From assembly GCA_964291285.2 (NCBI GenBank), contig OZ219787.1, positions 640,001 through 704,000 on the forward strand: a stretch of DNA of 64,000 nucleotides, written 5' to 3'. The position numbers and the translations under genes are program-made. Below are positions 28,541 to 37,875 of the stretch, one piece after another (position 1 is the first letter of the stretch; each line of letters opens with the position of its first letter). The stretch is from Alphaproteobacteria bacterium (GTDB lineage Bacteria > Pseudomonadota > Alphaproteobacteria > Bin95). The notes beneath the pieces were generated by a model, which worked only from the letters and a program-made list of their open reading frames with translations, was not told the origin of the DNA and searched no databases.

Positions 28541-29920
28541 GTGACCGACATCTTCCTGGCCGATGCGCCTGACGCCGTGCCTGTCCTGATCGTGGACAAG
28601 GAAAGCCTGCAAGGCTGGCTGGAGAGCGCCGCGCCGGCCGCACGCAACTGGGTGGCCGCCAACGGCTTCGAGGCGGAAGCCGGCAGCGCCCTGGTGCTTC
28701 CCGATGCAGACGGCAGGCCCTCCTGTGTGCTCGCCGGCTCGGACGGGCCCGGTGACATGTGGGCCCTGGGCGGCCTGCCGCGCAGACTGCGCAGCGGAGC
28801 GTTCCGCATCGAGAACGATCTCGACGCTGCGGAAGCGACGCGGGCGGCGACGGCCTGGGGGCTCGGCTGCTACGCTTTCGACGCCTATTCCGACAGCAAA
28901 GGCCGCAACCATGCGAGCCTCCTCTGGCCTGCGAATGCCGACCGGAACGCCGCCCTGGCGACGGTCGAAGCGCAGTCGCTGGTGCGCGACCTCATCAACA
29001 CGCCTGCGAACGACATGGGGCCGGAGCGGCTGGAAGCCGCCGTCCGGGAACTCGGCGAGCGCCACGGGGCGCGGGTCTCGGCCATCGTGGGCGATGAGCT
29101 GCTCGCCGCGAACTACCCGACCGTCCATGCCGTCGGCCGCGCCGCCGCCATTGCGCCGAGGCTGATCGACCTCGTCTGGGGAGACGAAGACCGCCCGAAA
29201 CTCACGCTTGTCGGCAAGGGGGTCTGTTTCGACAGTGGCGGGCTGGACCTGAAGCCCCCTGCCGGCATGAGGCTGATGAAGAAGGACATGGGCGGCGCGG
29301 CGAACATGCTGGGACTCGCGCACATGGTCATGTCGACTGCCTTGCCCGTCCGGCTCCGGCTGATGGTGCCGGCGGTCGAGAACAGCGTGTCCGGCAATGC
29401 CATGCGGCCCATGGACGTGATCCGCACGCGCAAGGGCCTGACGGTCGAGATCGGGAATACGGATGCCGAGGGCCGGCTCATCCTCTGCGATGCGCTGGCC
29501 GAAGCCTCGGGCGAGACGCCCGACCTGATCCTCGACTGCGCAACCCTGACCGGCGCCGCCCGGACCGCGCTCGGCGCCGACCTGCCGGCGCTCTTCTGCA
29601 ATGACGACGCCGTGGCGGCGGCGCTTCTCGAAGCCTGCGAGGCGGAGCAGGACCCGGTCTGGCGGATGCCGCTTTTCCAGCCCTACCGAAAATTGCTCTC
29701 CAGCGATGTCGCGGACATGAACAACGTGTCCGACGGGCCGCTTGCCGGGGCGATAACGGCGGCGCTGTTCCTGGAACGCTTCGTCGAGCCCGGCACGCCC
29801 TGGGCGCATGTGGACATGATGGCCTGGAACCGCGAGAACCGGCCCGGCCGGCCGCGCGGCGGCGAGGCGCAGTTCATCCGCGGCGCCATGGCCATGCTGC
29901 GCCGGCGCTATGCCGTATAG
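28541..29920 (+). CDS. Leucyl aminopeptidase (M17 family)
   Basis: LVGKGVCFDSGGLDLK, MKKDMGGAA, NTDAEGRL, ATLTGA; GTG start after AGGAG. Confidence 0.94.
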   Translation: MTDIFLADAPDAVPVLIVDKESLQGWLESAAPAARNWVAANGFEAEAGSALVLPDADGRPSCVLAGSDGPGDMWALGGLPRRLRSGAFRIENDLDAAEATRAATAWGLGCYAFDAYSDSKGRNHASLLWPANADRNAALATVEAQSLVRDLINTPANDMGPERLEAAVRELGERHGARVSAIVGDELLAANYPTVHAVGRAAAIAPRLIDLVWGDEDRPKLTLVGKGVCFDSGGLDLKPPAGMRLMKKDMGGAANMLGLAHMVMSTALPVRLRLMVPAVENSVSGNAMRPMDVIRTRKGLTVEIGNTDAEGRLILCDALAEASGETPDLILDCATLTGAARTALGADLPALFCNDDAVAAALLEACEAEQDPVWRMPLFQPYRKLLSSDVADMNNVSDGPLAGAITAALFLERFVEPGTPWAHVDMMAWNRENRPGRPRGGEAQFIRGAMAMLRRRYAV

Positions 29921-29926
29921 CCGCCC

Positions 29927-30895
29927 TCAGTAGAACAGCTTTCTCCGGTCCATTCCCTCGTAGAGATGGGCCACGAACTCGCCATAGCCGTTGTAGAGCA
30001 GGGTCTTGCGGCGCTCGTCGGTGCCGATCATGCGCTCGGTCGCCTGGCTCCAGCGCCGGTGCGGCACCTCCGGGTTCACATTCGCCCAGAAGCCGTATTC
30101 GCGGCCCTGCACCTTCTCCCAGAAGCTCTTGGGCCGCTTCTCGGTGAAGGTGAAGCGGACGATCGACTTGATCGACTTGAAGCCGTATTTCCACGGCAGC
30201 GCGAGGCGCAGCGGCGCGCCGTTCTGGGCCGGCACCGGCTTGCCGTAGAGGCCGGTGACGATGAAGGCGAGCTCGTTGGTGGCCTCTTCCATGGTGACGC
30301 CCTCGACATAGGGCCACGGATACCAGAACTCCTTCTGGCCGGACGCCATGTCCGAGTCGTTGAAGGTCTCCATGCGGACATATTTCGCCTTGGCGAGCGG
30401 CTTCGCGAACTCGACCAGCTTCGCCATCGGGAAGCCGGACCAGGGCACCGCCATCGCCCAGGCCTCGACGCAGCGGTGGCGGTAAAGGCGCTCCTCGACG
30501 CCCATCTTGCGCACCAGGTCGTCGAACCCGATCTCGATGGGTTTTTCGACGTCGCCGTCGAGATGCACGGTCCAGGGGCGGATGCGCAGATTGTCGCGGG
30601 CGCGCTTCCAGATGCCCTTGCTGGAGCCGAATTCGTAGAAGTTGTTGTAGGTGGTCGCGACCTCTTCAGGCGTCAGCGGCCGGTCGAGCGTATAGGCCTC
30701 GTTACGCGGTCCCGGGTAGAGGTCGGCAGTCGGGTCCGATTCCGGCGTGGCGGCGCGCGCCGCAAGAGGCCATGCCGCCGCCGCGATGCTGCCGGCCGCC
30801 GCCGCCTGGATCAGCCGCCGCCTGTCGCGGAATACCGCCTCCGGCGTCGCCTCGCTCTCGGGCAGCTCCCAGCCCCGTCGTCTCAGGATCTGCAT
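29927..30895 (-). CDS. msrP: Protein-methionine-sulfoxide reductase catalytic subunit MsrP
   Basis: ATPEAVFRDRRRL Tat-like leader, YNNFYEFG, HRCVEAW, QNGAPLRL..PWKYGFKSIKSI, EYGFWANVNP. Confidence 0.95.
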   Translation of the reverse strand: MQILRRRGWELPESEATPEAVFRDRRRLIQAAAAGSIAAAAWPLAARAATPESDPTADLYPGPRNEAYTLDRPLTPEEVATTYNNFYEFGSSKGIWKRARDNLRIRPWTVHLDGDVEKPIEIGFDDLVRKMGVEERLYRHRCVEAWAMAVPWSGFPMAKLVEFAKPLAKAKYVRMETFNDSDMASGQKEFWYPWPYVEGVTMEEATNELAFIVTGLYGKPVPAQNGAPLRLALPWKYGFKSIKSIVRFTFTEKRPKSFWEKVQGREYGFWANVNPEVPHRRWSQATERMIGTDERRKTLLYNGYGEFVAHLYEGMDRRKLFY

Positions 30896-30967
30896 GCCGT
30901 GCACTCCTTTGCCCATCTTGACGCAACAAATGCGCGGGAAATGCCCCGGCCGCCAATCACTTTCCTG

Positions 30968-32170
30968 TTATGCCGGCTGAGCCGCCGGGCGGACGATGGG
31001 CTTGTCGGCGATGGGCAGATGGATGATCGCGGCGAAGACACCGAGCGCGATGTTGATCAGCCAGATCGCTTCATAGCTGCCCGTCTGCTCGTACAAGTAG
31101 CCGCCGAGCCAGGCGCCCGAGGACGCGCCTGCCTGGTGGCCCAGAAATACGATGCCGAACAGCGTGCCGAAATAGCGTATGCCGAAAATCTGCCCGACGA
31201 TCCCGGAGGTGAGCGGCACCGTGCTGAGCCATGCGAGGCCGAGGCCGGCGGCAAAGATGAGCGTCGTCGTCGTCGTGACAGGCGTAAAGGCATAGACCGC
31301 GAACATGAGCGCGCGCACCGCATAGAGGCCGCTCAGCAGGTATTTCTTGCGGTACCGGCTGCCGAGGAAACCGACCGCGATCGTGCCGATCAGATTGCAG
31401 ATGCCGATAACACCGATCGCCCAGCCGCCCGTGTCGGCCGGCAAGCCGCTTTCGGTGATGAATTTGGGCAAGTGCGTCACGATGAACTGCACGTGGAAGC
31501 CGCAGACGAAGAAGCCTGCGGTCAGCAACAGGTAGCCGGAATGGCCCCTTGCTTCCGCGAGCGCCTCGTGCAGGCTCTGCTCCGCTTCCATGCCCCGTGC
31601 CGGCGTCACCGGCCTGCTCCGCAGTACGGCAGCCAGCAGAGCGACGATGGCCATCAACCCCAACAGGGACAACAGCCCGGTCCGCCACCCGAAAGCCTCG
31701 ATAATGTGGGGCGCGGCCGGCGCGACGAAGAACTGCCCGAGCGAGACCCCCGTCGCCGTCAGCGCCATGACCAGGGGGTGGCGGTCCCTGGGAAAGGCGC
31801 GCACCACGGCCGTCATCACGATGGGCATGCCGCAGCCGGCGGCCCCGAGGCCGACCAGCAGGCCCAGCGAGAGATAGGCTCCTTCGGGCGTCTCCATGCG
31901 GCTGGCCCAGTAGAGGCCGGAGGCGTAGATCGCGCTGCCGATGAGCAGCGTCCGTCCGGTTCCGAAACGGTCCGCCAGCCAGCCGAAGAACGGCTGCCCG
32001 AGGCCCCAGAAAATCGCCTGGATCGCAATCGCCATCGACATGATGTCCACCGGCCAGCCCAGGCCGGTGCTAACCGGGTCCAGGTAGATGCCGAAGGACT
32101 GGCGCGACCCGAAGGTGAAGGCCAGCACAAGGCTCCCCGCAATGACGACCAACACGCGGTAACGAAGCAT
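30968..32170 (-). CDS. MFS transporter
   Basis: GSRQSFGIY, GWLADRFG, FFVCGFHVQFI, HQAGASSGAWLGG; start placed at MLRYR. Confidence 0.9.
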   Translation of the reverse strand: MLRYRVLVVIAGSLVLAFTFGSRQSFGIYLDPVSTGLGWPVDIMSMAIAIQAIFWGLGQPFFGWLADRFGTGRTLLIGSAIYASGLYWASRMETPEGAYLSLGLLVGLGAAGCGMPIVMTAVVRAFPRDRHPLVMALTATGVSLGQFFVAPAAPHIIEAFGWRTGLLSLLGLMAIVALLAAVLRSRPVTPARGMEAEQSLHEALAEARGHSGYLLLTAGFFVCGFHVQFIVTHLPKFITESGLPADTGGWAIGVIGICNLIGTIAVGFLGSRYRKKYLLSGLYAVRALMFAVYAFTPVTTTTTLIFAAGLGLAWLSTVPLTSGIVGQIFGIRYFGTLFGIVFLGHQAGASSGAWLGGYLYEQTGSYEAIWLINIALGVFAAIIHLPIADKPIVRPAAQPA

Positions 32171-32237
32171 CGCCGATTTCCCGAAGCGTTCCGTCTCGCT
32201 TACAATCTGGCCCGCCCCGAGACAAGGAGATGCCGGA

Positions 32238-33035
32238 ATGGGCGACACGGTGCTTTGCGAGATCGACAAGGGAATCGCCTGGGTCACGCTCAACAACCCG
32301 AAGGCGCGCAATGCGCTGAGTGCGCAGATGCGCATCGACATGCGGGACGTCATCGGCGACCTGGAGCATGACGGGTCCGTGCGCTGCGTGGTGCTGCGCG
32401 GCGCGGGCGGGCATTTCATGGCGGGCGGCGACATCCGCGCCATGCAGGAGCGCCTCGAAATAGACAAGGAGACCCGCAAGCGCGTCGTGGTCGAGGGCAT
32501 CCATGCGATCCATCTGCCGATCTTCGCCATCCGCCGGATGCGCAAGCCGGTGATCGCGAGCGTCCAGGGCGCCGCCGCCGGTTTCGGCCTCGGGCTGGTC
32601 GCGGCCTGCGACCTCGCGCTCGCCGCCGACGACGCCTTCTTCACGCTCGCCTACTGCCATATCGGCGCGAGCCCGGATGGCGGCTCGTCTTATTTCCTCG
32701 CCCGTACGCTCGGCATGAAGCAGGCCATGGAACTGGCGCTGCTCGGCGACCGTTTCGGCGCCGAGCGCGCGCTCGAACTCGGCATCGTGAACCGGGTCGT
32801 GCCGGCCGCCGACCTGGAGGCCGAGACCCGGGCGCTGGCCGAACGCCTCGCCGCCGGGCCGACGGTCGCCTACGCCCAGGCCAAGTCGCTCTTCAACACC
32901 GCCTTCCACACGCCCATGGAGCAGCAATTGCAGTGGGAGGGCGAGCATATGGCGATGTCGATGACCACGGACGACCATGCCGAGGGCGTCACCGCTTTCC
33001 TCGAAAAGCGCCGGCCCGTCTTCAAGGGCGCCTGA
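32238..33035 (+). CDS. Enoyl-CoA hydratase/isomerase (PaaG-like)
   Basis: TLNNPKARNAL, FMAGGDI, GAAAGFG, PDGGSS, AFLEKRRPVFKG. Confidence 0.93.
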   Translation: MGDTVLCEIDKGIAWVTLNNPKARNALSAQMRIDMRDVIGDLEHDGSVRCVVLRGAGGHFMAGGDIRAMQERLEIDKETRKRVVVEGIHAIHLPIFAIRRMRKPVIASVQGAAAGFGLGLVAACDLALAADDAFFTLAYCHIGASPDGGSSYFLARTLGMKQAMELALLGDRFGAERALELGIVNRVVPAADLEAETRALAERLAAGPTVAYAQAKSLFNTAFHTPMEQQLQWEGEHMAMSMTTDDHAEGVTAFLEKRRPVFKGA

Positions 33036-33077
33036 GCGCCCGCCGTCATTGCCCGAAAACGCTGCCACGGAGCGGAC

Positions 33078-34019
33078 ATGACCGAATTGCGGACCGTCAC
33101 CGACGGGCTGATGTTTCCCGAAGGGCCGATCGCCATGCCGGACGGCTCGGTGCTCCTCGTCGAAATCCGTCGCGGCACGTTGACGCGCGTCTTTCCGGAC
33201 GGGGGCAAGGAGGTCGTCGCAGAGACGGGCGGCGGGCCGAACGGCGCCGCGCTCGGGCCCGACGGGCGGGTCTATATCTGCAACAATGGCGGCAATGAAT
33301 GGCTCGACGAGGCGGGCGGGCGTATGCGCCCCGTCGGGCAGGGGAGGGACTACAGCGGCGGCCGGATCGAGGCGGTGGACCTCGCGACCGGCGCGGTCGA
33401 GATGCTCTACACCGAATGCGAAGGCCGCCGGCTCAAGGGGCCGAACGACCTCGTGTTCGACGGCGAGGGCGGCTTCTGGTTCACCGATCTAGGCAAGGTC
33501 CGCGACCGGGAGCGGGCCTGGGACCGCACCGGCATCCACTACGCCCACGCCGACGGCTCCTTCATCACCGAAGCGGCCTTCCCGCTCATCACGCCGAACG
33601 GCATCGGCCTCTCGCCCGACGACAGTGTGGTCTATGTCGCCGAAACGCAGACCGGGCGCATCTGGGCCTTCGACATCGAGGCGCCGGGCGTTCTGAAGAA
33701 ACATCCCTGGCCGAGCCCCCATGGCGGGCGGCTGGTCAACCAGACTCACGGCTACCGCATGCTCGACAGCCTGGCGGTGGATGCGGCCGGGAACATCTGC
33801 GTTGCCACCCTGATGGACCCCGGCATCTCCGTCGTCCGGCCCGACGGGTCGGGGCTGGAGCATGTTCCGATGCCGGACCCTTACACGACCAATATCTGCT
33901 TCGGCGGCCCGGACCTTCGCACCGCCTTCATCACAATGTCCCACACCGGCAGGCTGGTTTCCTGCGACTGGCCGGAAGCCGGCCTGCCGCTCCACTACCT
34001 GAACGAGCGGACCGGATAG
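33078..34019 (+). CDS. SMP-30/gluconolactonase family protein
   Basis: FPEGP, GPNG, GPNDLVFD, PNGIGLSPD, DSLAVDAAGN, TNICFGG. Confidence 0.92.
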   Translation: MTELRTVTDGLMFPEGPIAMPDGSVLLVEIRRGTLTRVFPDGGKEVVAETGGGPNGAALGPDGRVYICNNGGNEWLDEAGGRMRPVGQGRDYSGGRIEAVDLATGAVEMLYTECEGRRLKGPNDLVFDGEGGFWFTDLGKVRDRERAWDRTGIHYAHADGSFITEAAFPLITPNGIGLSPDDSVVYVAETQTGRIWAFDIEAPGVLKKHPWPSPHGGRLVNQTHGYRMLDSLAVDAAGNICVATLMDPGISVVRPDGSGLEHVPMPDPYTTNICFGGPDLRTAFITMSHTGRLVSCDWPEAGLPLHYLNERTG

Positions 34020-34045
34020 CGCCGGACGGAGCACGGAACGCGCCC

Positions 34046-34813
34046 ATGCGGGAAGAGCTGCTCGAATCCGTCTGCCGGGTTGCGCGCGAGGCGGGCGAAA
34101 CGATCATGCCCTGGTTCCGCGCGCCGAGGCTGGAGACGCGCCGCAAGGCGGACCGCAGCCAGGTGACGGCGGCGGACGAGGCGGCCGAACGCCTGATCCT
34201 CGAGCGCCTCGCCGCATTGACCCCGGAAATCCCTATCGTGGCCGAGGAAAGCGTTGCGGCGGGGCGGGTGCCGGAAATCGGCGACGGGCCGTTCTGGCTG
34301 GTGGATCCGCTCGACGGCACCAAGGAGTTCATCCACAAGGTTCCCGAGTTCACGGTCAATATCGCGCTCATCGAGCAAGGACGCCCGGTGCTGGGCGCCG
34401 TCTATCTGCCCGCTTCGAATGAGCTTTATGCCGGCCGGAAGGACGCCGGCGCCTTCATGGAAGACAGCGGCGGGCGGCGGAAAATCGCCATCCGGCCGTT
34501 CCCCAGCACGGGCATCACGGTCACGGTCAGCCGCACTTACGGGGCGGGCCGGGACATCGACCGCTTCCTCGCGCGCTACGATGTCGCCCGGCAGATCGAC
34601 GCCGGCTCGTCGCTCAAATTCTGCCTGATCGCGCGCGGCGAGGCGGACGTCTATCCGCGCTACGGCGGCAGCAACGAGTGGGACACGGCCGCCGGCCATG
34701 CCGTGCTGGCGGCTGCCGGCGGCTCCGTGCGCGAAATCGACGACGGCCCCGAACTGCTCTACGGCAAGGCGCGCTTCTCGAATCCTTGGTTCATCGCCTG
34801 GGGCGGGTCGTGA
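34046..34813 (+). CDS. cysQ: 3'(2'),5'-bisphosphate nucleotidase CysQ
   Basis: VTAAD, VAEE, WLVDPLDGTKEF, GSSLKFC, EWDTAAGHAVL. Confidence 0.92.
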   Translation: MREELLESVCRVAREAGETIMPWFRAPRLETRRKADRSQVTAADEAAERLILERLAALTPEIPIVAEESVAAGRVPEIGDGPFWLVDPLDGTKEFIHKVPEFTVNIALIEQGRPVLGAVYLPASNELYAGRKDAGAFMEDSGGRRKIAIRPFPSTGITVTVSRTYGAGRDIDRFLARYDVARQIDAGSSLKFCLIARGEADVYPRYGGSNEWDTAAGHAVLAAAGGSVREIDDGPELLYGKARFSNPWFIAWGGS

Positions 34814-35733
34814 GGTCCGGGGCGGCTGTCAAGGACGCCGCCCGGTCGATCCGCGCCGGCAGGCTCGTCGCCTTCCCGACCGAGACCGTTTACGGGCTCG
34901 GGGCCGACGCGACCGACGACCGCGCCGTCGCCGCCGTGTTCGAGGCCAAGGGCCGGCCGCGCTTCAACCCGCTCATCGTGCATGTTGCGGACCGCGGCGG
35001 GGCGGAGGCGCTGGCGGTCTTCGACGACCGCGCCCGCCGGCTCGCAGACCGGTTCTGGCCCGGCCCGCTGACCCTGGTGTTGCCGCGCGCGCCGGCCTCG
35101 CCCGTCTCGTGGCTCGCGTCGGCCGGCCTCGACACGCTGGCGCTCCGCTGGCCGGCGCATCCGCTGGCGGAAGCGTTGATCCGCGCCGCCGGGCGGCCGC
35201 TGGTGGGCCCGAGCGCCAACCGCTCCGGGCGGCTCAGCCCGACGACGGCGGCCCATGCCGCGGCGGAGCTCGGGCAGAGCGCGGCCATGGTGCTCGACGG
35301 CGGCCCCTGCCGGCTCGGCCTCGAATCGACCGTGGTCGCGCTCGGCGCCGGCCCGCCGGCCCTGTTGCGGCCGGGCGCTCTCGACGCCGACGCAATCGAG
35401 GCGGAGACCGGCCCGCTCGCCGAACCCGCCCCGTCGGCAGGCGGCGATGCGCCGCGCCCCGCGCCGGGGATGCTGCTGCGGCATTATGCGCCCGGCAGCC
35501 CGCTCCGCATGGAGGCCAACGCGGCCCGCCCGGGCGAAGCCATGCTCGGCTTCGGGGCCGTGGACGGCGACCTGAACCTCAGCCCGTCCGGCGATCTCGC
35601 GGAGGCCGCCGCCAACCTGTTCGCCATGCTGCGCCGGCTGGACGGCGGGGGCGGCATCGCCGTGGCCCCGATTCCCGGGCGCGGCCTCGGCCGGGCGATC
35701 AACGACCGCCTGCGCCGCGCCGCCCGGGGGTAG
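34810..35733 (+). CDS. tsaC: L-threonylcarbamoyladenylate synthase (Sua5 type)
   Basis: VAFPTETVYGLGADA, KGRPRFNPLIVH, PSANRSG, ESTVV, PGML..HYAP; GTGA overlap with the cysQ stop. Confidence 0.93.
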   Translation: MRSGAAVKDAARSIRAGRLVAFPTETVYGLGADATDDRAVAAVFEAKGRPRFNPLIVHVADRGGAEALAVFDDRARRLADRFWPGPLTLVLPRAPASPVSWLASAGLDTLALRWPAHPLAEALIRAAGRPLVGPSANRSGRLSPTTAAHAAAELGQSAAMVLDGGPCRLGLESTVVALGAGPPALLRPGALDADAIEAETGPLAEPAPSAGGDAPRPAPGMLLRHYAPGSPLRMEANAARPGEAMLGFGAVDGDLNLSPSGDLAEAAANLFAMLRRLDGGGGIAVAPIPGRGLGRAINDRLRRAARG

Positions 35734-35739
35734 CCCGGC

Positions 35740-36228
35740 TCACGCCGCGGCCTCCTCCGCGTGGAAGCGGATGGCGAGGCGGGGGCCGACGGGCCAGGGC
35801 TGGCGGCGGTGCGCCTCGACGATCTGCCGCGCCCGCGCGGCCGCCGCTTCGGGAAACGGCACGCCCCGGCGCAGCCCCAGGTCCACATGCATGCACAGGC
35901 ACTCGTAGGCGGCGAGCGCCGGACCCTCCGCCGTGCGGTGGAGCGTCTGCAGATAGTGGACGCGCTTCTCGTCCGCATCGGCGAAATGGAACCGGCAGAG
36001 CAGCCGCTCGCCGGCCCTGGCGTCGTCCAGATAGACGACGTGGCTCTCCAGCGCGAAAGTGCTGCAATTGGTCCGCGCGAGATAGTCCGGCGGCAGACCG
36101 AGCGCGCGCCCGAACGGCTCCAGCACCGCCTCGAACAGCTCCAGATAGCGCACCCGCGGCACGAGGCCGTCCGGCCCCGCCCAAGCGGCCGGAATCTCCG
36201 GCGCGAACCCTTCCGGCCAGATGCTCAA
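35740..36228 (-). CDS. Thioesterase-like (hotdog fold) protein
   Basis: STFALESHVVYL, DADEKRVHY, MHVDL pattern of 4HBT-like thioesterases; coupled to asd. Confidence 0.7.
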   Translation of the reverse strand: MSIWPEGFAPEIPAAWAGPDGLVPRVRYLELFEAVLEPFGRALGLPPDYLARTNCSTFALESHVVYLDDARAGERLLCRFHFADADEKRVHYLQTLHRTAEGPALAAYECLCMHVDLGLRRGVPFPEAAAARARQIVEAHRRQPWPVGPRLAIRFHAEEAAA

Positions 36229-37235
36229 AGCCAGGTGTCGGCGAGTTCGTGGGCGATCTGTACGGCGTTGGTCGCCGCCCCCTTGCGCAGATTGTCCGAA
36301 ACGACCCAGAGGTTGAGGCCGTATTCGACGGTCGGGTCGTGGCGGATGCGCGAGACGAACACGGTGTCGTCGCCGGCGGCCTCCTTCGGCGTGACATAAC
36401 CGCCGTCCTGGCGCCGGTCCACCACCTCAACGCCGGGCGCCGCGCTCAGCAGTTCGTAGGCCTCTTCCTCATCCATCGGCCCGTCGAACTCGACATTCAC
36501 CGCCTCGGCATGGCCGACGAAGACCGGCACCCGCACGCAGGTCGCGGTGACCGCGATGTCGGCGTCGAGGATCTTCCGGGTCTCGTTGACCATCTTCCAC
36601 TCTTCCTTCGTCGAGCCGTCCTCCATGAAGACGTCGATATGCGGCACGACATTGAAGGCGATCTCCTTGGTGAACTCGGCGGGCTCCGCGTCCTCCAGCT
36701 GATAGACCCCGCGCGTCTGGCCCCAGAGCTCGTCCATGCCCTTCCGGCCCGCGCCGGAGACCGACTGGTAGGTGGAGACCACGATCCGCCGGATCGGCTG
36801 CGCGTCCTGCAGCGGCTTCAGCGCCACCACCATCTGTATGGTCGAGCAATTGGGGTTGGAGACGATGTTGCGCGCCGAAAAACCCGCCAGCGCCTCCCGG
36901 TTCACCTCCGGCACCACCAGCGGCACGTCGCTGTCCAGGCGGAAGGTCGAGCTGTTGTCGATCACGACACAACCGGCGGCGGCGGCGCGCGGCGCATGCA
37001 CCTTCGAGACCGCGCCACCCGGCGAGAACAGCGCAATGTCCCAGCCCGAGAAGTCGAACTCGTCGAGCACCTGCACGTCGAGCTCGTCGTCGCCGAAGGA
37101 CACCTTGCGGCCATGACTTTTTCGCGACGCCAGCGCCGCAATGTCGTCCACGGGGAAGGATGTCTCGTGCAACCCTTCCAGAAGCTGGTAGCCGACGGCT
37201 CCGGTCGCGCCGGCTACGGCGACCCTGTAGCCCAT
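36225..37235 (-). CDS. asd: Aspartate-semialdehyde dehydrogenase
   Basis: VAGATGAVG, VIDNSS, NPNCSTIQM, CVRVPVFVGH, DNLRKGAATNAVQIA. Confidence 0.98.
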   Translation of the reverse strand: MGYRVAVAGATGAVGYQLLEGLHETSFPVDDIAALASRKSHGRKVSFGDDELDVQVLDEFDFSGWDIALFSPGGAVSKVHAPRAAAAGCVVIDNSSTFRLDSDVPLVVPEVNREALAGFSARNIVSNPNCSTIQMVVALKPLQDAQPIRRIVVSTYQSVSGAGRKGMDELWGQTRGVYQLEDAEPAEFTKEIAFNVVPHIDVFMEDGSTKEEWKMVNETRKILDADIAVTATCVRVPVFVGHAEAVNVEFDGPMDEEEAYELLSAAPGVEVVDRRQDGGYVTPKEAAGDDTVFVSRIRHDPTVEYGLNLWVVSDNLRKGAATNAVQIAHELADTWL

Positions 37236-37268
37236 GAGCTCGTGTCCTTCGCAAATGGCCGGCGAGAC

Positions 37269-37826
37269 TTACGGCGCGCCCGCCCGCTTTTCAATCCCCC
37301 GCTCCCGTTTGCCGGATCCATGCGCCCTGCTGCGCCAACGGGACTCGGCCAGGACCACGGAGGTCTCGATCTGGCGCTCGGGAACGGTCCAGTAGCGCCG
37401 CAACAGCCTTGTTTTCTCCGGCTCCGGAACCGTCTCGAACCCATACCGGCGATAGAACGCAATCGCCCAATCGGCGGCTGCCCAGGTGCCGATAAGGACC
37501 GGACGGTCCTGACGCGCGAGCAATCCTTCGAGCAGCGCCGACCCGATGCCCGACCTCCGGTGCGCCGTCGCCACATAGGCATGGCGGATCAGCGTCACAT
37601 CCTCGACCGGCTGGATGCCCATTACCCCGACCAGTCCCGCTCCTGCTATCTCGTATCCGTCGAAGCTGATATCAGCCGCAAGCTCTTCGGCCAGCTCCCC
37701 GGCGGGCATGTAAGGCTCCTTCCACCGATCGTCCGGTATGACCCCGCGATAGGCCTGGGCGGCATCGTTGATAATCGTGAGGATGCGGTCGAAGTCGTCC
37801 GCCGTGCAGTGCCTGATCATGGCCAT
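37269..37826 (-). CDS. GNAT family N-acetyltransferase
   Basis: IINDAAQAYRGVIP, LIRHAYV..HRRSGIGSALL, AIAFYRRYGF. Confidence 0.88.
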   Translation of the reverse strand: MAMIRHCTADDFDRILTIINDAAQAYRGVIPDDRWKEPYMPAGELAEELAADISFDGYEIAGAGLVGVMGIQPVEDVTLIRHAYVATAHRRSGIGSALLEGLLARQDRPVLIGTWAAADWAIAFYRRYGFETVPEPEKTRLLRRYWTVPERQIETSVVLAESRWRSRAHGSGKRERGIEKRAGAP

Positions 37827-37875
37827 CTCCGTTCGTTGCGCCGCTTCGCCGCCAGCCAATGCGCTCTTCCCGGCT